The notes below the pieces were generated by a model, which was not told the DNA's origin, made no database searches, and saw only the letters and a program-made list of their open reading frames with translations. A DNA stretch of 56,572 nucleotides, counting the filler, from Sphacelaria rigidula (taxonomy: Eukaryota): assembly GCA_964200075.2 (NCBI GenBank). It is 5 parts of 5 records of this genome, joined end to end, with 100 filler letters (N's around TTAATTAATTAA, not from the genome) between each part and the next. Parts side by side here need not be neighbours in the genome. Positions count along the whole stretch, not along the records: positions 45,341 to 56,572 come from CAXNAA020005194.1; 4 more parts are not named here. One strand, written 5' to 3'. Of this stretch, positions 48,045-56,572 are shown piece after piece. Every line of letters begins with the position of its first letter. Position 1 is the first letter of the stretch. Made by a program: the position numbers and the translations under genes.

Positions 48045-50930
48045 ATGAGCAGCACCAACCGTGCTTCTGCTGCACATAACGCGACTAATCCGTCATGGAC
48101 ATCCTCGAAGACAAGGACCCTTCCGTCAACTCACCAGCTGGCGGTTGCACTTGCGTGTGCAGCTGCAAGGTCGCGGCCAACTCCGTCGCGCACGGCTGCT
48201 CCAGCTGCAGCCGTCGTGACAACACAGCCGTGCCTGTGCGTGGTGTGTGGTCTGCCGGGACGGCAAGACCTTCTCCTCGTCGAAATACGTCACCCCGACA
48301 AAGGAGCAGAAGTGCGTCAGCGGCAGACGGTGGAGACTCGTCTTGGCGAGCGCCTGCAAGACGCGCTCGAGTAGGCGTTGGGACGTCGCCGTTGTCAGGC
48401 GGTGTAGATTCATTTTAGCCAAGGCTGGCGGGACTTGACCGAGGTGTGGTTGGGCAGGCGCCGGTGGTAATTAGCGAGGACTCGTTTGGCCGAGCGTCCG
48501 CGGGGGGTAGCCGAGCGCCGGCGGAAGGATAGGCACCGGTAAAACTTGACAGAGACTCGTTCGGTCGAGCGCCAGCGGGAGCCGACCGACATTGGGTTGG
48601 GCGGGGCCCGTTGACAGGCCGAGTGGGCAGACGCCGCTGGCAGGTGGGAGACACTCGCTCGGCTGAGCGCCGGCGGAAGGCGGTCAAGAAAGGATTGGGC
48701 GGGCGCCGATTGCAGGTTGCGGAGACTTGTTCGGACGAGGGCCGACGGGAGGTGGTCGAGCGATCGCTGCGCGGCGCATCCCAGGTATTGGCGGTCAAGG
48801 CAGGCGCAGCGAAGGAGCAACTTCAAATATTTACTGCTCCAAATGCCACCGAGAGGACAACTCCGTAGTACTCGTGATGGAAACGCGGAGTAAATTATGC
48901 CTTGGGAACGACAAACACGGGCGATGGGCTTGCAGCGATTGTTACAAGAATCTTAACCGTGACCTCAAGGTCAAGTGCTGTCGATGCGACAAGAGCACCT
49001 GCCAGTTGTACGAATGCCAAGGGTGAGTCAATAATCGGCAAAGTGCATTTTTTTCCCATATCGCTGATTCCTGTGTTTCGGCGTCGGAATGATTCCGTGC
49101 GAGTACATGTGTGCGATGTATCCGTGTTAGGTTTAGCCTAATTTCCAAGTGGAATACAAGGCCGAAGGAGAGGAAGGTGGATACGACATACATGAACCGA
49201 AAACTCTGAAAATGGCCGTGGTGATGAACATTTCAGAATCGGAGCTAACTTGATTTTACCGTACTCGTAGATGTGCAACCTCTTGTATGGTACCACAAAA
49301 ATATGCAGGAAATAGGCGTTGAAGCATTTCAGCGGAATACTGACGTGAGGTGGTGAAGTGTGCGTTTTCCTACGCCATACGCTCCTCGCCTCCCCACCCA
49401 CCCGGCCCCATCACAAATCCGCTTGTTGTCGTTGATAGTGCACTTGTTCTGTTTTGGATATGACCGACGTCCCCATGGGGTAGGGAGGATGGCGCAGTAT
49501 CAAAGCGTGCCTCACCTCATGTGATCTATACACTAGCACTTGCTGCCATGTACAACCCGTTGGTTCGACGTGAAAACAGGTGTGAGCGACGGAGGGCAAG
49601 GCACGCCGCAGCCGATGAAGGCAGCAGTAAGAAGCGACCAGCTGTGCGTGTGCAGCGCTCAGATGGCAATAGCCATGTGCGACCAACCGCCTTCAAGCTT
49701 CCTGCTGGGAAGGGAGATATCGCAACCACTGCAGTGTCAGTTAACACCTCTTCCTCCCAGAACAGGGTGGTGACATTGGTGACTACACTCAGGGCGGAGC
49801 AGCTGCTCAAGAGAAGAAAGCAAGATATGAAGCCGCCTGTTGTCTCGCCGATCGCTTTGCTGTGATTTCGGAGTTCAACACAAGGTAGCAACGTGAGAAG
49901 GTGGCGAAGGGGGGCAGCAAACCCCCGTCGAGGTTCGCATTGCCGAGAGAATGACATTTTGCGACACCAAAATCTTCACAAAACATGTGTCCGAAGCGAC
50001 GGGGAAGGGTTCGTTGTCGCAGGAGGACTGGACGACGTGGGTTGAAATGGCAAGCAAAACAAAGCCTGTCGGAGTGCCCCCTCTAGTACGAATAGGTACA
50101 GCGGGATTTTCTGCCGTGCGATAGAGCGTGGATCGCACGGTTGAGGACCGGTGGGAGCACGTCTAGATAGATGACAACCAGGAGATGCGATTAATGTGCA
50201 AGGTAATTTGCTCATAAATATCGTAATTACACAGCATAGCAGGGCCGAAATATTTGACGTCGGTACGCGTATGTTGGGACTCTGGCTGATACGATCGATA
50301 TCGGTACTTTCGCTCAGTTTCTCGATATCGCGAAACGATATTTTTTTACTTGACATGAACGGGGAGGCTGTCGAGGCCTGTGGCGAGCTCACTTTCCATA
50401 CGTCGATGTTCATACCAACATGTTGATGTGCACTCAGGAGTATGAGGCCGCCCATTTATCGTGAATCGCACTGGCTGCCAGAGGAAAACGGTGCGCAGAA
50501 AACATATTGCGAGGAACCGGGATGTGCAAACACACGAAAATGGTTACGCTGGGTGTGTGCATACACGGAGATAAATGGGGGAGCTCTGGTGTGGAGGTGG
50601 ATGCTGTGGAGGCGCTTGCGGATAGCACTGATTCCCAGAGGCCGCGTGGACAGGCGGGGAGGCGGTCCGCCTCAGCTTTCCCGCAGGAGAGGCCGGAAGC
50701 GTTTCGGAAGAAAATTCCGGACTCCGGCAGTCCAGTTTCCGTCACGAAACCCAGCTGGGCTGCCCACGTACATCAGAGAGAGATCGATCGAAGTTTACAG
50801 TATGTGCAAGAGGTTGTTCACGCTGGCAAGTTTGGTCACTGCCAAATTGCTGACCTGGGCAGGGCAACGGTGGGAAGAATCGGCCGGCAGTGTAACATTT
50901 AGTGCTTTCAGCACGGAAGGTAGCATTTAA
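48045..50930 (+). pseudogene. Decayed multi-exon Cys-rich gene of unknown family
   Basis: Fragments CTCVCSC...CSSC (48.1 kb), YCSKC...C...H...CSDC...KCCRC...C ending at a GTGAGT donor (49023), and further plus-strand frames at ~49.5-50.1 kb and ~50.4-50.9 kb with splice-like borders, stops and shifts. Confidence 0.35.
48330..48790. repeat. GC-rich diverged tandem repeat (gagactcgttcggccgagcgccggcgg core)
   Basis: Core recurs at ~48333, 48479, 48553, 48648 and 48722, with interleaved half units. Confidence 0.7.
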
Positions 50931-51711
50931 TAGTAAAACGATTTTTTTGACATTTTTATTTTTGGACCGGTGAACGTCCCCGTGCCACCGCGCGGCGTAA
51001 GGTTCTCCCAACCATGCTGGTGTTGTCGTCTTTTTATGCTCGTAATCTCACCGAAAGCAGTGCTTGCTTTGTGGATATGACGCCTCGACTCTCATCGCTT
51101 GAAAAGAGAAGAATGCACGATGCATGCTAGGTTGGTGGATGTGATGCTCGATACGATCTGGGCCAGCCTACAATAGGATATTAAGTTTGCAGGCCCATTC
51201 CCTGCTCAATTTTCAGAGTTGGGCAAAAACGCCGTTAATTCATGGAAAAAGAACTTTGGGTTCATGGATACGTTTTCATCATATCAGTAGTATATCTACT
51301 GTCCATACCGAATTTTCAGGTCCATTTCCAAAAGTTGAGCTGAGAATGGGCCGTTTGAAAACCGGGCCGGTCTGAACTCAGAACAGTATTTTGCCGGCCA
51401 CTTGCCGTCACAGGTTTGGTACTTGTGAATTGGAATTTGGTGTGGAACCTCGCTGAGGATAACAAAGCAAAAAAATGTGGGCCAGGTTGATGTTTTATTA
51501 TTATTTTCACTGTTCTAGGACGTTTTCGTGTGGTAAAGACCATTTTCCACGAGAACGCCCTAACATCTCGCTAAAAAAAAGTGAATTGCCTTTTTTTGTT
51601 TTTCTTCAGCATGACTTTGCGATCCTCCATCCTCAGTTTACAATCATGATTCAAGAAATTGAGCTACAAAACTGAGGTGAGATCCAAGAGCAATCTTCAT
51701 CTTTCCTAAAA

Positions 51712-51905
51712 CTGTACCCGCAACCGGGTATTTTATCAAGAGCATACCCGTGCCCCCCGGTAACCGTACGGGAGCGTTACAGAACTGACAGAACTATCAG
51801 GCACGGGTATGAACGTCTTACAGAAAATACAGAACTGCCAGGTACGGTACGCAAATCTTACAGAGTTTACCGAACTGTCGGGTGAGGGTACGGGCGATTT
51901 ACCGA
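51712..51905. repeat. Short array of ~41-bp units ttacagaactgacagaact..caggcacgggta
   Basis: ttacaga...cagaact...ggtacgg units at ~51777, 51817 and 51858. Confidence 0.7.
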
Positions 51906-51956
51906 AAATCGCCCCCAAAACGACATTTTACCGATTGCTAATCAATTGATGATACA

Positions 51957-52615
51957 TGCACGTGTTGGATCACGTTGTTGATTTCCACCAACACAACTCG
52001 AATTTCAACAAAGCTAGGGGCGAAGGCCATCTACCCACGCAAGCAAACATAGATTTTACATTTCACAGCAAAGTCCTGCATCAGTACTTCTAGTTTCACC
52101 AAAAAACAGAAAAATCAAAGCGATATAGACCGTGAAGTCGAACCCGACCCGAGGCCACCACAACATCGGCGTCAACCACGAACCCCTCCCCCCATCCCCC
52201 CCCCCGCCATCCTGTAGTCTCGATTCATCCTCATGAAAACGGAATTGATACTTCAACATCAAAAACAAAATATTACCGATCCCTGATCAATTGAAGGTAC
52301 AAACCGCAAAAACCAGAACTTGATTTCCTCATCCTCGGTTGCACGTGTTCGAGCACGCAACATATTGTTGATTTCCACCGACACGACTCGAAAGTTCAAC
52401 CATACGAGGAACGAAGGCTACTCACCCTCGCAAGCAAATATAAAGCGTGCAGTTCCTAGCGACGTCCCGCGTCAGTATTTCCAGTTTCACCCAGAAACAG
52501 GAACATGAAAGTGACACAGCCCATGGGGTCGAGCCCGACCCTAGGCCAGTCGGCGTCAGCAGCGACGAAAATGTTGCCACCAACGCCCTCCCCTTTCCCC
52601 CTCCGCCATTCTGTT
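51957..52615. repeat. Diverged direct duplication (~383-bp period)
   Basis: tgcacgtgtt...ttgttgatttccacc.acac.actcgaa...cgcaagcaaa...cccgaccc.aggcca at 51957 and again at 52340. Confidence 0.75.
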
Positions 52616-53002
52616 AGTCCTCACTCATGCCCATCCCATCAGCAGTAGGTGCCTCCCTGTTGTCCAGCACATCGAATGCAGCTTCAGTGCTCGCTAGATC
52701 AGCGTCATGTCCGGTGAACCGCGCGGGAATACATGGATTCAGGATCGACATGCCGACGACAAAATGAACCGATACGACGCGAAAATGAGGAAACTCTGAC
52801 TGTGTCGCACTAACGGAAGTTCACGACTGCACGAGCTGGGCCAGCCGAGGACATGATTGTTTGCTAGCTTTGCGCGGCTGCGTTTCAGGATTAGGGGGCT
52901 GGATTTAACACGAGATACACACATCATCAATGCGTGGGAAGTGACCGAAGCATCCAGGGGGGGGGGGGGGGGGGGGAAGCAAAATGAAATTCTAACAACT
53001 CA

Positions 53003-53457
53003 GGTCGCTCCATATATCAGACAAGGACAAAAATATGGAAAAGTGCCTCTTTGGAGCTTTTACGTCGTTTCACGCCCTGAAAGAGAGCTAGGCGGAATTT
53101 GATACCTTGGAATGACTTCGTCCAGTTGAGGCGGTTCCTGGGCACCTTTCCGTTTTCCGGTGGCCACGGTTTAATTTTTGGCCAAACAAGCATTTTTCTC
53201 CAAGATCGATCAACTCCAGAGAAAAAATGACGTTTTTCTTCTAGATTTGACCCTTCTTGAACAAAATCTTGTTGGGCCAAAATAAAAACTGCGGCCACCG
53301 GAGAACGAGGGATTGTCCTGGAACCCCTCAACGAGTACAGCGAGTTATTTCGACATGTCAAACTCCGCCTGGCTCTCGTTTAGGGCGTAAGACGACGTAA
53401 AAGCTCCAAATATAACTTCTTCCAGAATCTTATTCTTGTCTGTTTCAAGAAGCGGCC
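53003..53457. mobile_element. Foldback MITE related to 32813-33281, followed by an extra partial arm (~53465-53635)
   Basis: ttggagcttttacgtcgt/acgacgtaaaagctccaa and gagagctaggcgga/tccgcctggctctc inverted pairs. Shares accttggaatgactt with the 32.9-kb element. Confidence 0.8.
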
Positions 53458-54635
53458 ATATGGCGGACAAAAATATAATACGGAAAAGTGTATTTTCGGA
53501 GCTTTTACATCGTTTTATGCTCTGAAAGAGAGCTGCGCGGATTCTGACACCATTGGAGGCCTTGCTGTCCACGTTGAGGCGATTCCAGCACACCCGTGCG
53601 CTCTCTCGAGAAAAATGCAAGGTTGGCCAGAAAATACTGCGACCACTTTTCATGCCATCCCCTGAGTAAATCATTGTTTAACAAAACAAGTGCGGTGGAA
53701 AAAAATATCCGACGTGGTTGGTCCACGCCATTCATATTCTTAGATGAATTCAACTATTATATAGGATTATTGTTGCTCGACCGGAATGCGAAGAATGGCA
53801 AGGCCTACGCCGTCTGAGGCCGTGTCTTCGCACATCGTTTTGCGATCGAAAAAGTGCGGTGGAAACCAATAATTCCGATCTGCAAAGTCGTGATGTCAAC
53901 CATTGTCAACATACATTACGCTCGTTGAAATTACAATCTTTCAGATCGGAGTTTCTCTTTTTCGCTATGGGCGTGAAACACGCACACACGCACTCAAGAC
54001 GCTCTGCATGCAAACAGTGCGGAGACAGTTCAGACTGTACCGTACACAAGCGACACATGCAGCGTTTCACGAATTTTACTGTCTTTTTTCGACCAAAAGT
54101 TCGGAAATTTGCATGGACCGACTCGAGAGAAATGAGCGAAGTTTGCCCACATCAATTCCAACGCCCCGTTTTTCCGATCGAAAAATATGTGCTGAGACAC
54201 GTTCCAAGACGCGCCCTAACCGGGGAAAAAAACCCAGGAACGCAACAGGCGTCCGAAAAGCAGCACGTCGATTGTTGTTCTTCTACCCGGCGATCGATCA
54301 ATGACCAGTGTGCTGCTTTTAGGCGCTTGTTTCGTTTTCTGCTTTTTTTTCATGCCTGTGAACAGAGGTACACACGGTACGTGCTATCCGTGCTCCACCG
54401 TATCCTCTCAAGACAAAACGCATGTAATCAGTACAGAAAACTGTCACCGTCTGTACTGATTTCAGGTGTTGTACCCCTTGACATACACAGCACACTTTTT
54501 TTCAAGAACGACTGACCTTCAGTACAACGCGCTCCACGATTTTCGAATAATTCACCTGAAATGTTTGCAAACGTTCCACATGTCGACTAATCATCACTCG
54601 CCGAAACGAGTGCACTCGTTGATGTTATTTTAAAA

Positions 54636-54872
54636 CACAACGAGCGATGAGTCGAGGACTTACCCTATCGATTTTTCCACAACGAGTAATTGACCCGAAT
54701 ACTTGCCCTTTTGATTTTTCCGCAACGAGCAATGACTCGAGTACTCACCTTATTGATTTTTCCACAACGAGCAATGACTCCAGTACTTGCCCTATTGGTT
54801 TTTCCACAACGAGCAATGACTCGAGTACCGGCCCTATTGATTTTTTCACGACAAGCAATGACTCAAGTGCTC
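54636..54872. repeat. 42-bp tandem minisatellite, about 5.5 copies
   Basis: Unit approximately cacaacgagcaatgactcgagtactcaccttattgatttttc. Confidence 0.9.
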
Positions 54873-55229
54873 GAGGACCTCCAATAATGCGAAGACGGCC
54901 AACGAGCGCGAATGCCACGACTCATACTCGTGCTCGTCCAGTTCGACTTATGAAGCATTCACATGCTTTTGTATGCAGAGAGCGCAGACGGTACGATATG
55001 TCTGTATTGCACCGTCTTCCTATACAAAAACACACATACAGCTTTTCACTGAACGAAACATCACACGCACCGTGTACATACAACTGTATCAGTGTACTGT
55101 CGTGACAAATCTGGCCGAGATCAGTTGGAGTCCGGTCAGTGTTGTCTGTGCTGATCACAAGATCAAGAAACGCTCCGCACGTCCCATGCGTGTTGGGTAT
55201 TCAAAACACAAAGAGTGTATCCGACTAAC

Positions 55230-56158
55230 CTTCGTGGCGACGTACATCTCCACAATGATGTGCTTCACGCGCCGAGGAGAGAGCCGGAAATGCTGAGGTA
55301 TCGGCGGGAGCACTCCCATCACTTCCGTCCAAGCAGTGCCAGATGAGAAAAAAAACGAATGGTGAAAACTCCTCGACGATGATCTTGACAGCAATGAGCG
55401 CGCGAACTCTGAAAACAAAACACGGCAACAGCGAGTGCATGGGGGGTGGTTGACTGTGAGGTAATATTCTTGATTCTTGTTTTGATCATCGCCCCCCATC
55501 ACCACCAGCGTGTGCTGCATGTGTTCGAGAAGCAGTTCATTCAACAGTAGTAGCAGTCTAAACAGCAAAAACGCCTAGCTGCACCCGGCTCATACCAAAT
55601 CGTTCGTTTTCACCTGACAGTCCCGACACTCGAGGTCTCGCTCGTGTCCAAGCCTCGCTTGATGGTCCTTTTCTTCGACCTCTGCGTGTCCGCTCTTGAC
55701 GGCGCTCTGGAGCCCGCGGAATTCGTGCGCTCTCTTGCGGTGGCTGTTCACGTTGATACGGTCGCCTTTTTCACAAGGCATGACCATTTTTTTACGGCGG
55801 CACTCTGGGCTTGCCATGCAGAAGCAACGGTGCACGGGATCGGCAACACGTATCGGCTTCAGGTACACTCTCAGAGGGTGCACGAGGGAGCTTTCACGAA
55901 TGCCCGATTTCTGGTCGCCCTTCGGCACCACAGAATCGTCGACGGCCTTGATAATTTCCAATGGCAGCTCATACTCTTCGTCGCGCATGTCGATAACCAC
56001 CGAAGGCTTGACAACCATGACACTATAGTACCGCCAGTCACGTCAATGATCTGCGTCTTGCTACTTGATCCCCCTGGTGGAGCAGATGAACCGCCCCCGC
56101 TCGAGCCACTACCCGAATCCGGGGGTGATCCATCCTGACGGTCTGCATTGCTGCTCAT
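55230..56158 (-). pseudogene. hAT-type transposase N-terminal remnant with BED-like zinc finger
   Basis: FCMASPEC...DRINVNSHRKRAH (C-x5-C...H-x4-H), followed after an intron by LIAVKIIVEEFSPF / SFFFSSGTAWTEVMGVLP...LSPRRVKHIIVEMYVATK, resembling the hAT PFS...MY segment. Frameshifted. Confidence 0.65.
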
Positions 56159-56572
56159 GTTTCCTATTTCCACTCAGTCGTACCTCGAAACCCGCCAGCT
56201 TTGAAACTACAAATCTTTCAAACCTCTGAGTTTTTGGTTGGTGTGCAGAGATGAATCACAGGGCAGGGTGGGGTCGTGGGAGGTACGTGTTTGGGCCATC
56301 AGGTTGTGTCTTGATTGAACCTATATCCATACCTTCAAAAGGTATACTTCCCCTGTTTCATAAGTCTGGGCACTTATGGACGTTTAATCGTTTGCGCCTT
56401 CAAACCCTTCCGATCATCCTATAGTTGGGTTCGTTGGAAAGATGAAACGTCGACAAAGCTGATGCAAAAAAAAAGGAAAGAAAAGTTAGTGATCCATACT
56501 AAAATGACGTCAAAATATGCCCATTTTGGCCCACTTTTGGTCCACGTATACCCCAATTTAGACCAATTTTGG

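Noticed and set aside
54636-54872. CRISPR array or repeat-protein CDS (ORFs 54647..55105, 54690..54887)
   Set aside because: Simple 42-bp tandem repeat without spacers; the ORFs arise because the unit is a multiple of three.

Overview
Eukaryotic DNA, most likely a brown alga (inferred from GT-AG introns and repeat style), made of five unrelated ~11.2-kb contigs (1-11236, 11337-22572, 22673-33907, 34008-45240, 45341-56572) joined by N44-TTAATTAATTAA-N44 linkers. It is almost entirely transposon-derived. Contig 1 holds a seven-exon Sola1-like (DUF7869-type, DDD) transposase pseudogene placed head-to-head with a spliced ParB/sulfiredoxin-fold (DGNHR) gene; this pairing is the most novel-looking feature. 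Contig 2 holds a decayed Sola2-like transposase whose candidate ATG lies 45 bp from a divergent unknown ORF. Contig 3 holds the intact last exon of cytosolic glutamyl-tRNA synthetase, several foldback MITEs and a hAT-type non-autonomous element built from ~41-bp palindromic repeats. Contig 4 holds a decayed Ty3/gypsy gag-pol, the 3' exons of a second Sola1-like copy and a 102-bp piggyBac-type MITE. Contig 5 holds tandem repeats, a decayed Cys-rich gene and a BED-finger hAT remnant. No rRNA, tRNA or CRISPR array was seen. Family assignments come from motif recognition by eye, not database searches.
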